Shown here in pieces: positions 28,872 through 38,623 of a DNA stretch of 64,000 nt. The notes under the pieces are model-generated. The model saw nothing but the letters and a program-made list of their open reading frames with translations, was not told the DNA's origin and did not search any database. The stretch's first letter is position 1. Each line of letters begins with the position of its first letter. The position numbers and the translations under genes were made by a program. The stretch comes from an uncultured Alphaproteobacteria bacterium (GTDB lineage: Bacteria > Pseudomonadota > Alphaproteobacteria > RF32 > CAG-239): assembly GCA_944391375.1 (NCBI GenBank), contig CALXTJ010000002.1:82-64081 (forward strand), read 5' to 3'.

Positions 28872-30554
28872 TTGGCCGAAGAAGTTCGTTTGCATCCGAC
28901 CAAAGTTTGTGTGGTTTGTCCGCTTATTATCAATCAAAAAAAGTTAATGTCGGCAGAGAGCCGTTTAGCTGAGGCTATGGGTTTGTCGGCGGCCATAGGT
29001 CTGGATGTTGTCATAGTTCGCAATCCTAAATTACGAGAAATAAAACCCGCCACCTTTTTCAGCAATTCATTTATTACCGATTTACGAAGCGAATTGGAAG
29101 ATAAAGAGGTATCGCTGGTAGTTGTAGATGCCTCACTAACTCCCGTACAACAAAGAAATTTGGAAAACAGTTTAAATGCCAAAGTAATTGACCGGACGGC
29201 TCTGATTTTGGAAATTTTCGGAGAAAGGGCTCAGACCAATGAAGGTAAATTGCAAGTTGCTTTGGCCCATTTGACTTATCAACGTTCACGCTTGGTAAGG
29301 AGCTGGACACATTTAGAGCGTCAACGCGGCGGTGCCGGATTTTTAGGCGGACCCGGTGAAAAACAAATAGAATTGGATCGCCGTATAATTGATGAAAAAA
29401 TCTTAAAAATCAAAAAAGAGTTAGAAAAAGTAAAAAACACCCGTGAATTACAAAGAGGTAATCGTCGTAAAGTTCCGTATCCGATAGTGGCTTTGGTGGG
29501 TTATACCAATGCCGGTAAGTCATCGCTCTTTAACAAATTATCGGGAAGCACGGTAATGGCTAAAGATATGCTTTTTGCAACTTTGGACCCGACTTTAAGA
29601 AAAGTTAAGTTACCTTCGGGGCGGGAAGTTATTTTTTCTGATACCGTAGGTTTTATCTCCGATTTGCCTATAAATATTGATGATGATACTTATAATGTCC
29701 ATTTGACAGTCAAAGAAGATGATAAAGGTAATTTTTTCTGGGACGCACAGGTAAATGAAGAAGCCCGTCGGACGGTCTCGGCTACAAATCCGAGTGTTGG
29801 CGGGCTTACTTCTGAAATATCAGAAGATGCTTTAAATATAACACCAATTAAAGGAAATGTCAAGCTGGATTATCAAAACAAACCGCAACCCAAAGGTTTA
29901 TATGACGCCAACCGCAATTTGATTAAAATCTTTGAAAGTGCGGATTTTTCTACTTTGCCGCATGAATTGGCACATTATTGGCTTAATAACATGTGGAATT
30001 ATACCCGCAGTGGCAATGCCAGCGAAAGATACCGCCAGCGTTGGAACGTGATTGCCAACTGGCTGGGGATTACGCCGGAACAAACGCTTATTACCCGCCG
30101 CCAGCAGGAAAAATTTGCCCGCGGCTATGAACAGTATCTCTTGAACGGCAATTTGCCGACGCCGATTATCAAAGGGGCTTTTGATGATTATGACCGTTGG
30201 TTAAAACGGGTTTATGGCGATATGAACAATCTCAACGTGCGTTTAAGCGATGATGAAAAAAATATTTTAAGGCAAAAAGTTCTAAAACAAAATAAAGCAA
30301 TTATATTACTATCGGCAGCAACCGGACAGGGTTGTGACAATTTACTGTCCGTAATTGATAAAAAATTATCTGCCGGGGAGCAGAATGTAAGCTTGCAAGT
30401 TAAAAAAGAGGACGGAAAATTACAATCTTGGCTTTATGAAAACAGTGAGGTTAAATCCAAGACAGTACATGATGAGTATATAGAGTTTAACATAAAAATA
30501 GCCAATGCGGATTTGGCCAGATTGAGTAAAAAGTTTGATATTAAAATAGGATAA
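28872..30554 (+). CDS. hflX: GTPase HflX, carrying a ~130-aa extra segment between G3 and G5
   Basis: HflX N-domain, G1 GYTNAGKSSLFN, G3 DTVGF and G5 LSAATGQG are present. About 225 aa separate G3 from G5, versus about 95 in typical HflX, and no canonical NKxD is seen. Confidence 0.65.
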   Translation: MAEEVRLHPTKVCVVCPLIINQKKLMSAESRLAEAMGLSAAIGLDVVIVRNPKLREIKPATFFSNSFITDLRSELEDKEVSLVVVDASLTPVQQRNLENSLNAKVIDRTALILEIFGERAQTNEGKLQVALAHLTYQRSRLVRSWTHLERQRGGAGFLGGPGEKQIELDRRIIDEKILKIKKELEKVKNTRELQRGNRRKVPYPIVALVGYTNAGKSSLFNKLSGSTVMAKDMLFATLDPTLRKVKLPSGREVIFSDTVGFISDLPINIDDDTYNVHLTVKEDDKGNFFWDAQVNEEARRTVSATNPSVGGLTSEISEDALNITPIKGNVKLDYQNKPQPKGLYDANRNLIKIFESADFSTLPHELAHYWLNNMWNYTRSGNASERYRQRWNVIANWLGITPEQTLITRRQQEKFARGYEQYLLNGNLPTPIIKGAFDDYDRWLKRVYGDMNNLNVRLSDDEKNILRQKVLKQNKAIILLSAATGQGCDNLLSVIDKKLSAGEQNVSLQVKKEDGKLQSWLYENSEVKSKTVHDEYIEFNIKIANADLARLSKKFDIKIG

Positions 30555-30557
30555 GAT

Positions 30558-30932
30558 ATGAAAAAGATATTGTATATTTTATTGCTGTTAATATGCGGGT
30601 GCACAACTACCACAGAAAATGATAGTTACAATCAAAAGCTGGCAATATGGTTAGGAAAACCGCAGGAGATGCTGTACAAGTATTGGGGTGAGCCCGATGA
30701 ACAATTTATTATTGATGCCGACACTTATGAGGTGGAATACAGCAAAGTTTATAAATCTCCTTCATTTAACAGAGAAGAGGTATATGCACGGGAATTAAGT
30801 GACGAGATTATGGACATCGGCCCCGAATACGGGCAGTCTCAAGAAGCAGCCATATACTATTGTAAAACCAATTTTACGATACAAGACGGAGTGGTAGTGG
30901 ATTACGGTTTTAACGGAGACAACTGCATATAG
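30558..30932 (+). CDS. putative lipoprotein, unknown function
   Basis: Signal peptide with Cys cluster LLLICGCTT. Confidence 0.4.
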   Translation: MKKILYILLLLICGCTTTTENDSYNQKLAIWLGKPQEMLYKYWGEPDEQFIIDADTYEVEYSKVYKSPSFNREEVYARELSDEIMDIGPEYGQSQEAAIYYCKTNFTIQDGVVVDYGFNGDNCI

Positions 30933-30985
30933 CAAGCTACAGAAAAGAAAATATTCATCATAACGATGAGGGCCATAATCTTTTA

Positions 30986-31705
30986 TTATTGTCCGTAAAA
31001 GAAATCATACATATGCAAGTATACAACTATCTGAAAAACGGTAAGCAGAGCATGTAAGCAGGATAAAACAAAAAGCGATGTATTAACTCCGATGGCACTT
31101 ATCAATAAGGGAAAAATGCAGAACATAAGCAGGCATACCATCAGCACTTTTATGTAGTTGCCTCCAACTTTATAATAAGCTGTCAGAACGGAATTATCAC
31201 GATTATTGATAGTTGAAATCCACGCAAAACCAGGAATAAAGAAGGAAAATGTAAGCAGGGTAATAATTCCGGCAAAAATCAAAATTTTAGCATAAGGATT
31301 GAGAGCCAAAAAGATATAAGTTTCCCTCAAAAATGAGTATATATCGGGAAATCCTATCAAATAACGACTACAGTATCTTAATATGCCTATTGCCAAATGT
31401 CCGCATAGCAATACAAAAAAAGAAAAGGCAAAAATGCAAATCAATTTTATAACGGAATCTACAAATTTTTCTTTGGTAAGCAAAGGCTTTTGTCCAAAGT
31501 ATAAGCTTACAAAGAAAAAGTAAAAGAAGTATATGTACAAAGCATATACCAAAAAGGCCAACCGATTGGCATATACACCAAAGTTTTTACCGCAATAAGA
31601 ACCGATAAAAGAAAAAATTGTCAATACGCCGAGCAAGGGGATATTATTGCCAATAAAACCCAAGGAATCAATAAAAAGCTGACGAATTGACAATTTTTTT
31701 AACAT
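30986..31705 (-). CDS. hypothetical polytopic membrane protein
   Basis: ORF with about 6 TM helices. Confidence 0.35.
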   Translation of the reverse strand: MLKKLSIRQLFIDSLGFIGNNIPLLGVLTIFSFIGSYCGKNFGVYANRLAFLVYALYIYFFYFFFVSLYFGQKPLLTKEKFVDSVIKLICIFAFSFFVLLCGHLAIGILRYCSRYLIGFPDIYSFLRETYIFLALNPYAKILIFAGIITLLTFSFFIPGFAWISTINNRDNSVLTAYYKVGGNYIKVLMVCLLMFCIFPLLISAIGVNTSLFVLSCLHALLTVFQIVVYLHMYDFFYGQ

Positions 31706-31717
31706 AAAAGACCTTTT

Positions 31718-33067
31718 TTATTTTTTCTGTTGTTTTTCCATAAACTGTTCCAACCAGTGAATATTATACTGTCCGTCAATGAAATCGGCCTGAGATATAA
31801 TTTCCTGATGCAACGGTATGGTGGTTTTAACACCGATAATAACAAACTCTTCCAAAGCTCTACGCAAACGCATTAAAGCAGCGTTACGAGTTTTACCGTG
31901 AATAATGAGTTTGGCAATCATACTGTCATAATACGGAGGAATGGTGTAGCCGGAATATACTTCCGAATCTACCCTTACGCCCAATCCGCCCGGAGCATGC
32001 CACTCGGTAATTTTACCGGGGCAGGGAGCAAAAGTTTCGGGATCTTCGGCGTTAATACGGCATTCAATGGCATGTCCGTTAAAGGTTATATCATCCTGAG
32101 TATATCCCAGAGCAGCACCACTGGCGATTCTGATTTGTTCACGAACAATATCAATATCGGTTATAGCCTCGGTAATCGGGTGTTCAACCTGTAAACGGGT
32201 ATTCATTTCCATAAAGTAGAATTTTCCGTCTTCGTACAAAAACTCCAAAGTTCCGGCATTCTGATAACCGATTTTTTCAATTGCCTTACGAACAATATCA
32301 CCAATCTGTTTGCGTTGACTGTCGTTAAGAGCCGGAGAAGGACATTCCTCAATAACTTTTTGATTATTGCGTTGAATTGAACAATCGCGTTCTCCCAAAT
32401 GGACGACATGTCCGTACTTATCTGCCAAAATTTGCATTTCAATATGGCGAGGCTTTTGCAAATATTTTTCCATATACACCACATCACTGGTAAATGCAGC
32501 CTTAGCTTCGGCCCGAGCCATGGTGTAAGCCTCAGTCATTTCGGCATCATTAAAGGCAATTTTCATACCTTTACCGCCACCGCCGTCTTTGGCCTTAACA
32601 ATAACCGGATATCCGATTTTATTGGCCCAGGCAATGGCATCTTCAACACTCTCTAAGGCCGGAGAGCCCGGAGTAATAGGCAATCCTGCTTCAACTGCGG
32701 CTTTTCGGGCCATAATTTTATCGCCCATTAAACGCATTTGTGCCGAAGTAGGGCCTATAAAAGTAATACCGTGTTTTTCAACCATTTCCGCAAAATCGGC
32801 ATTCTCCGATAAAAAACCGAAACCGGGATGAATGGCATCGGCTCCGGTTATGAGTGCGGCTGATATAATTGCCGGTTTGTTTAAGTATGAATCGGCAGAA
32901 CGAGCCGGGCCTATACATACCGCTTCATCAGCTAATCTGACATGCATGGCGTTAGCATCGGCTTCGGAGTGCACGGCTACAGTGCGAATACCCATTTCTC
33001 GGCAAGCTCTGTGGATTCGTAAAGCAACTTCACCGCGATTTGCTATTAAAACTTTTCCAAACATCAA
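31718..33067 (-). CDS. accC: acetyl-CoA carboxylase biotin carboxylase subunit
   Basis: ATP-grasp motifs and highly conserved AccC sequence over the full length. Confidence 0.9.
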   Translation of the reverse strand: MMFGKVLIANRGEVALRIHRACREMGIRTVAVHSEADANAMHVRLADEAVCIGPARSADSYLNKPAIISAALITGADAIHPGFGFLSENADFAEMVEKHGITFIGPTSAQMRLMGDKIMARKAAVEAGLPITPGSPALESVEDAIAWANKIGYPVIVKAKDGGGGKGMKIAFNDAEMTEAYTMARAEAKAAFTSDVVYMEKYLQKPRHIEMQILADKYGHVVHLGERDCSIQRNNQKVIEECPSPALNDSQRKQIGDIVRKAIEKIGYQNAGTLEFLYEDGKFYFMEMNTRLQVEHPITEAITDIDIVREQIRIASGAALGYTQDDITFNGHAIECRINAEDPETFAPCPGKITEWHAPGGLGVRVDSEVYSGYTIPPYYDSMIAKLIIHGKTRNAALMRLRRALEEFVIIGVKTTIPLHQEIISQADFIDGQYNIHWLEQFMEKQQKK

Positions 33068-33083
33068 AAATCCTTATTTTTTA

Positions 33084-33566
33084 TTATTCAATAACTACCA
33101 AAGGAGCACCATATTCTACCGGATCGCCGCTTTCTACCAAAATTTTGGTAACGCGTCCGCCCTTGTGGGCTTTAACCGGATTAAAAGTCTTCATGGCTTC
33201 AATTAAGCAAACTGTATCACCGGCAGCTACCGTATCGCCGACATTAACATAGTTTGCCGAGTTCGGATCACTTGACAGATAAACCACACCGACCATCGGC
33301 GATTTTACGGCGTCCGGACTGTTAGAATAATCATTTTCCGTAACCTTGGGAGTTTCTTTTTCCGGATCTGCCGGAGTCGGCAACGGAGCTGCCTGAGGAG
33401 CTACCGCTTGCGGAGCCGGAACATAAGCTGCGGCACTTACTCCGCCGATTTGACGCGATAATGTAATTCGGCAGCCTTCATCTTCATACTCAAGTTCGGT
33501 TAAATTAGTTCTATCCAATATTTCAGCCAATTTGCTGATAACTTTTGTATCAATGGGATTTGACAT
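33084..33566 (-). CDS. accB: biotin carboxyl carrier protein
   Basis: Biotinyl motif EAMKTFN, Pro/Ala-rich linker; lies upstream of accC. Confidence 0.85.
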   Translation of the reverse strand: MSNPIDTKVISKLAEILDRTNLTELEYEDEGCRITLSRQIGGVSAAAYVPAPQAVAPQAAPLPTPADPEKETPKVTENDYSNSPDAVKSPMVGVVYLSSDPNSANYVNVGDTVAAGDTVCLIEAMKTFNPVKAHKGGRVTKILVESGDPVEYGAPLVVIE

Positions 33567-33699
33567 TATTTATTCTCTCTATAAGTTTACAAAATCACTC
33601 TCAATTCATATTACCAAATCAAACAAAAAACAACAAAAATAAGCAAAAATGTGCAAAAAATACACAATTTTTACCCGTTTTTTTATAAAATCAGACATT

Positions 33700-33803
33700 T
33701 TTAGCGTTTTTTAATAATATAAAACAATCGGACACTTTCGGACACTTTCGGACATTTTCGGACACATTTAAGCTTGTTTATCGCCTTATATGTATTTTAA
33801 TAT
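33700..33803 (+). promoter_or_regulatory. regulatory element: leader TTTTTTAATAATATAAAACAAT + 4 tandem 10-bp units (CGGACACTTT x2, CGGACATTTT, CGGACACATT) + putative promoter TTGTTT-N18-TAATAT
   Basis: Units at 33729-33768. The -35-like hexamer starts 5 bp after the array, the same geometry as the cassette promoters at 42976 and 47502. Confidence 0.5.
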
Positions 33804-33844
33804 ATGAATAAAAGTGTTTTTAATTTTTGTAAGGAGAAAATTTT

Positions 33845-35764
33845 ATGTTAGGTAAAACAAATGCAATAAACAAGTTCGTTAGCGGCGGAAGCGGAGATGT
33901 CGTTCAAGCCGTAAATCTTACCGGCAATTTGATAAATGCCGGTGATAAGGTATGGATAAATCAAAATACACAAATCGCAGGGAGTAATTTTCAAGTTAAA
34001 ACTACTAATAGTACTGCTATTAACTCTTACGGATTTGTTATTGATCCGACCGGTACCAGAGCTTGGACTTATAATATAGTCTACGATATATCCTCATCTG
34101 AGGCTACACAAATCAGTACCACAACTAATGCACAAGTTGATGTTGTACGATACGGTAAAAACGGGGAAATGTTTTTTAACAATGTACGGTGCGATGCCGG
34201 GGCATATTACCAATTTTCCAATACAAGCTCTCGTTATGTTGGCGATAATTATAAAACCAATCCGACCAAAATTGGTGTTGACGAATTTGATTTGAATACC
34301 GGAGCGGTTTTAAACACCTATTTGAGTACCAATACTTGGGAATCCAAAAACAACTATTTAAGTATGATAATGAGGAACGGTAAGTTTTATTATTTTAATA
34401 CATTAACAAATGGTGGCGGTATTTATGAAATAACTGATAATGAATTTGTAAAAACAAATGACATATCAGGGTGTGATAAAAGTTTTTATATTATAGGTTT
34501 AACATCAGATGATAAATATTTAATTTATTCTACATCACCCATACCTGCACAACGTTCGGGAAGAATTTATTTGGCCGAATTTGTTGATGATTATACAATA
34601 AGAACCTTGAGTGATGATGAATTGCCGATAGATTTGCAACCTTATTTCTTGGATAGTTGTACACCAACATTCAATCCCAACAACAATGTTTTATGTATTG
34701 GAGCAAACGGAAGCTATATGTTTTTACAATATGCCAATAATAATTGGACTAAACTTAATATTGATATTCCCACGAGCAATATATATAGGACATTATCTAT
34801 TTCACAAGATTTAAGCAAAGTTGGAGTGGGTAATTTCAACGGTAGTTCCGGAATTGTCTACAATATTACGGCTCAGGACGGATATGTATTGCAGAGCTAT
34901 TCGCCGACCAGAATTTCTGCCAATTCGCTAACCGGATTTGCCAATGCCGATATTGCCAATTTTGCAACTGGTGAGATAAATACAGCCTTAAAAGCTCATG
35001 TCTCTTATCCCGAACCTGAGCCTGAACCAGGTACCGAACAGTACGAAATTAACCAAGATACCCAAGGAGGTATAGTTTTCGTCGGTGATTTACAAACAGT
35101 GGCCGGTCCTTACGGTAATACGGTTGCTCAAATAACCGATACGACTCGTCTGACTTTGGGCAATGACGGGGCAAATATTTTTGCGGGAATGTTTGCTGAT
35201 ACTCAAACTGCCGACTGTTTTCGAATAAAATTTAAAATGCCGCGTAAAGGCATAAGTTCAGGAGGAACTTGGTACGCCTTATCGGATAGTTTGTCGCAAA
35301 ATGTGGACAATCCCACAGACGGTTGTGTCCGTTTTGGTTTTACGGCTTCCTGGGATGAACAAAATTCTGAAATTGATAGTCAATTAGTATCTTTTATAAT
35401 GGAAAGATATTCTTCCGAACAGGGTTGGGAAACCCCAATGAGAGTTGTCATGCCTGATTTTAAGCTGAACACATGGTATGATGTTATGTATTATTACGGA
35501 AAATATGCTGATTGGGAAATTGAAGAAAACGGTAATAGCGGATATTGCCTGCTCATAAATGTATATAATGAGGGAGGAGAGCTTATAGGAAGAGAAGTAT
35601 ATGATAATTATCCCAATGGCAGTATAGTTTCAACCGAAAATGTCCAAATCGGATATCCGATATATGCAACATCATATTTTTATATTGATGTAGATTTATC
35701 ACAAACCGGTTTTCAATTACTTGACAGTTGGGTATGGCGTCCGGTTAAGGAAATCAACAAATGA
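33845..35764 (+). CDS. large N/T/S/Y-rich hypothetical protein (possible phage tail-fiber/receptor-binding-like or surface protein)
   Basis: 639-aa ORF with strong RBS AAGGAGAAAA. It shares its upstream element with the cassette locus; a decayed copy of its 5' end lies near tRNA-Lys. Confidence 0.4.
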   Translation: MLGKTNAINKFVSGGSGDVVQAVNLTGNLINAGDKVWINQNTQIAGSNFQVKTTNSTAINSYGFVIDPTGTRAWTYNIVYDISSSEATQISTTTNAQVDVVRYGKNGEMFFNNVRCDAGAYYQFSNTSSRYVGDNYKTNPTKIGVDEFDLNTGAVLNTYLSTNTWESKNNYLSMIMRNGKFYYFNTLTNGGGIYEITDNEFVKTNDISGCDKSFYIIGLTSDDKYLIYSTSPIPAQRSGRIYLAEFVDDYTIRTLSDDELPIDLQPYFLDSCTPTFNPNNNVLCIGANGSYMFLQYANNNWTKLNIDIPTSNIYRTLSISQDLSKVGVGNFNGSSGIVYNITAQDGYVLQSYSPTRISANSLTGFANADIANFATGEINTALKAHVSYPEPEPEPGTEQYEINQDTQGGIVFVGDLQTVAGPYGNTVAQITDTTRLTLGNDGANIFAGMFADTQTADCFRIKFKMPRKGISSGGTWYALSDSLSQNVDNPTDGCVRFGFTASWDEQNSEIDSQLVSFIMERYSSEQGWETPMRVVMPDFKLNTWYDVMYYYGKYADWEIEENGNSGYCLLINVYNEGGELIGREVYDNYPNGSIVSTENVQIGYPIYATSYFYIDVDLSQTGFQLLDSWVWRPVKEINK

Positions 35765-36048
35765 TAAAAATTTGCGGTGTAATTTTCGGCATTTTGGCAG
35801 TATTGTGCGTTTACCTTAATTTTAGAGTAGATGCACTCAAAGCACAAAATAAGCGGTTGATAACATACAACAATGCTCTAAAGATAAACTCCGAAAGGTT
35901 GGTGAAAAATGAGAACGAATACCGTATACAAGTTAAAACGCTTCAAGAGGAAATTAAAAAGGATGAGAGCGGTTTTGATTGGAATTATAATCTCAGTCGT
36001 AATCCCGTTCGTTTGCGGGTGTCAAAGGAATGTTTATCCTGTGATTGA
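35761..36048 (+). CDS. putative i-spanin (Rz-like): N-terminal TM plus coiled coil
   Basis: MIKICGVIFGILAVLCVYL TM helix then a charged helical region. Start overlaps the upstream stop (ATGA). An out-of-frame ORF is embedded. Confidence 0.3.
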   Translation: MIKICGVIFGILAVLCVYLNFRVDALKAQNKRLITYNNALKINSERLVKNENEYRIQVKTLQEEIKKDESGFDWNYNLSRNPVRLRVSKECLSCD

Positions 36049-36160
36049 GCCGATAAACTGTCTAAAAGAATGGACAACTCCCGAAGAGCTTTTATATTGT
36101 GCCAAAGAGTATGATATAAAGTACAATTCTTTAAGGCAAATACAAAATAATATCCGGTAA
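35963..36160 (+). CDS. putative o-spanin (Rz1-like) lipoprotein embedded out of frame in and extending past the Rz-like gene
   Basis: Internal Met followed by hydrophobic signal MRAVLIGIIISVVIPFVCGC with lipobox-like Cys, +1 frame relative to 35761..36048. Confidence 0.2.
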   Translation: MRAVLIGIIISVVIPFVCGCQRNVYPVIEPINCLKEWTTPEELLYCAKEYDIKYNSLRQIQNNIR

Positions 36161-36246
36161 GATGTTTTTTTATGTAACTTGCCTGAAAAAACAAGCTCCC
36201 GTGTTAGTCACCGGAGCTTGTTTTAATTGATTAACCGATAAAGGAA

Positions 36247-36699
36247 CTATTTGCCAATTAACTCATTTTTGACCATGTCGCCGATTTTAATATTATTTTT
36301 GGCTATATCACCGCCGTTCAGTTCAATTACCGCTCCCAAAGGCTCGGTAATTTCGGGGCGGATAAGCGTCGTAGACAAGGGTTCGGCATTTTCATATACG
36401 GCAATAATTTTGCCCTGTTGATTCAAAAACAGTATATCTAACGGAATATAAGTATCTTTCATCCACATGGCTATATCTTGCTGACCTTGCAGAATAAAAA
36501 TCATTCCGGAATCGGCTCTCAATTCTTTTCTGTTCATCAATCCTTCAGACATCTGCTCTTTGGTGAGTGCTGTTTCAACATAATAGGTCACGGGTCCGGT
36601 TGAGGTTTCAACAACAACTTCCGACAGACCTTCGTTTTTATTTCCGCATGAAACAATAAGCAAGGTTATGGCAAATAATTTAATAACTTTAGAAAACAT
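36247..36699 (-). CDS. DUF192 (COG1430) family lipoprotein
   Basis: LIVSCG lipobox. EGLMNR...MIF...MWMKDTYIPLDILFL...GKIIAV matches the DUF192 pattern. Confidence 0.6.
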   Translation of the reverse strand: MFSKVIKLFAITLLIVSCGNKNEGLSEVVVETSTGPVTYYVETALTKEQMSEGLMNRKELRADSGMIFILQGQQDIAMWMKDTYIPLDILFLNQQGKIIAVYENAEPLSTTLIRPEITEPLGAVIELNGGDIAKNNIKIGDMVKNELIGK

Positions 36700-36856
36700 G
36701 GCTATTCTCCCGTCAAATATCTTACTTAAAAGAGTCTATTACTTTTTATTTTATTTTGCAACCGAAAAATTTTTTTAATAAAAAAATACTTTTGTACCTT
36801 GTTTTATTTGTGTAAATATTGTATTCAACAAGTATGTTTTTATAATATTCGGGTAG

Positions 36857-38623
36857 ATGATGATAAATTTTGAAGACAGTAAATCAATAGGCGGCAACAT
36901 TTGGGTAAAGACGCCAATCAATGAACGGCAGGCCGAAGCTTTGGCTCAATCGGGTAATTTGCCGTATATCGTGGCCGGAATTTTGGCTTCAAGAGGTATC
37001 GGCAGTGAATCTTTAGAAGCCTTTATTAACCCCAAGTTGCAAAACTTGATGCCTAATCCGTCGTGTCTTAAGGGTATGGATGTTGCTGCCAAGCGTTTGG
37101 CCGAAGCCGTAACCAATAATGAAGCAGTGGGCATTATCGGCGATTATGATGTTGACGGAGCCACCTCCAGTTCGGTTTTACGCAAATTTTTAGAATTCTT
37201 CGGCTTAAAAGTTATTGTTCATATTCCCGATCGTGAAGAAGGTTACGGCCCCAGTACTCAGGCTTTTGCCGAATTTAAAACGGAGAATATTAAACTTGTA
37301 GTAACTACCGACTGCGGCACCACGGCTTTTGATGTTTTAGACAAGGCCGCTGAGGATGGCTTTGAGGTTATTGTACTTGACCACCATGAAGCGGAAACCA
37401 GACTTCCTGAGGTGTTGGCAGTAGTTAATCCGAAGCGTTTGGATGAAGATAACGACTATCCGTATTTAAAATATTTAGCAGCTGTGGGTGTGGTGTTTTT
37501 AACCGTGGTTGCCGTTAATCGGGAACTTAAGAACAGCGGATTTTATACCTCTCGTCCGGCTCCCGATTTATTAAAATTTTTAGATATGGTAGCCTTAGGC
37601 ACGGTTTGTGATGTTGTTCCGTTGTTGGGGTTAAATCGGGCTTATGTTAAACAAGGCCTTAAAATTATGTCTCTGCGACAAAATTTAGGTATTAAAGCTT
37701 TAAGCGATGTTGCCGGTCTTTCCGAAGCTCCGACGGCGTTTCATTTGGGTTATGTATTAGGTCCACGCATTAACGCCGGCGGCAGAGTAGGCGATTCCTC
37801 CATAGGTAACAAGCTGTTATGTGCCAAAACCGATGATGAAGCCCGAAAGTTGGCTGAAGCTCTTAATCAGTTTAATCTGGAAAGAAAGGATATTGAATCT
37901 TATGTGTTATTGCAGGCCATTGAAATACTTGAAGGACAGCCTCAGGAGTATCCGATAGCTTTTGTTTTTGGCAATGATTGGCATCAGGGAGTTATCGGTA
38001 TTGTGGCCGGAAAGCTCAAAGAGCGTTATAATGTCCCGGCATTTGTTATGTCCATAGAAGCCGATGAGGTAAAGGGTTCGGCTCGTTCCGTTCCCGGGGT
38101 GGATTTGGGAGCTTTGGTTATGGCTGCCAAAGAGCAAGGACTGCTTACCAAAGGCGGAGGACATACCATGGCGGCGGGTTTTTCGTTAAATGAGGATAAA
38201 ATTGCCGATTTTAAAAAGTTTGCCGGAGAGTTTGTTAAGCAAAAATTGGGTGATGAACGATTAGTGCCGATTATTGAATATGACGGGCTGATTTCTCTTA
38301 AAGGTGCCACTTTGGATTTGGCTGAAAAATTGCAACTCTTGGAACCTTTCGGAGCCGGAAATCCCGAGCCCAAAATCGTAATTGAAAATGTTAAATTTTC
38401 TAGAGCCTCAATTATCGGTAACGGTCATGTTAAATGCTTTTTAACATCGGATACGGGAGGCTCTCTTAAGGCTATTTCTTTCCGGTGTGCCGATACCGAA
38501 GTGGGTAAAACCATACTCAACGCCAGAGGTGAAAAATTTAATATTATAGGCGTTTTACATAAAGATGTTTGGCAGGGCAATTCCTCGGTGCAGTTTATTA
38601 TTGAAGATATTGCCAAAATTTAA
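36857..38623 (+). CDS. recJ: single-stranded-DNA-specific exonuclease RecJ
   Basis: DHH motifs GDYDVDGATS and LDHHE, plus a DHHA1 region with GGHTMAAG. Confidence 0.85.
   Translation: MMINFEDSKSIGGNIWVKTPINERQAEALAQSGNLPYIVAGILASRGIGSESLEAFINPKLQNLMPNPSCLKGMDVAAKRLAEAVTNNEAVGIIGDYDVDGATSSSVLRKFLEFFGLKVIVHIPDREEGYGPSTQAFAEFKTENIKLVVTTDCGTTAFDVLDKAAEDGFEVIVLDHHEAETRLPEVLAVVNPKRLDEDNDYPYLKYLAAVGVVFLTVVAVNRELKNSGFYTSRPAPDLLKFLDMVALGTVCDVVPLLGLNRAYVKQGLKIMSLRQNLGIKALSDVAGLSEAPTAFHLGYVLGPRINAGGRVGDSSIGNKLLCAKTDDEARKLAEALNQFNLERKDIESYVLLQAIEILEGQPQEYPIAFVFGNDWHQGVIGIVAGKLKERYNVPAFVMSIEADEVKGSARSVPGVDLGALVMAAKEQGLLTKGGGHTMAAGFSLNEDKIADFKKFAGEFVKQKLGDERLVPIIEYDGLISLKGATLDLAEKLQLLEPFGAGNPEPKIVIENVKFSRASIIGNGHVKCFLTSDTGGSLKAISFRCADTEVGKTILNARGEKFNIIGVLHKDVWQGNSSVQFIIEDIAKI

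Noticed and set aside
29940-29960. HELAH (HExxH-like) motif inside HflX considered as a zinc-metalloprotease insertion
   Set aside because: The segment more plausibly aligns with the LPHDLVAAF helix of HflX. No surrounding metalloprotease context (no third ligand or Met-turn) is evident.
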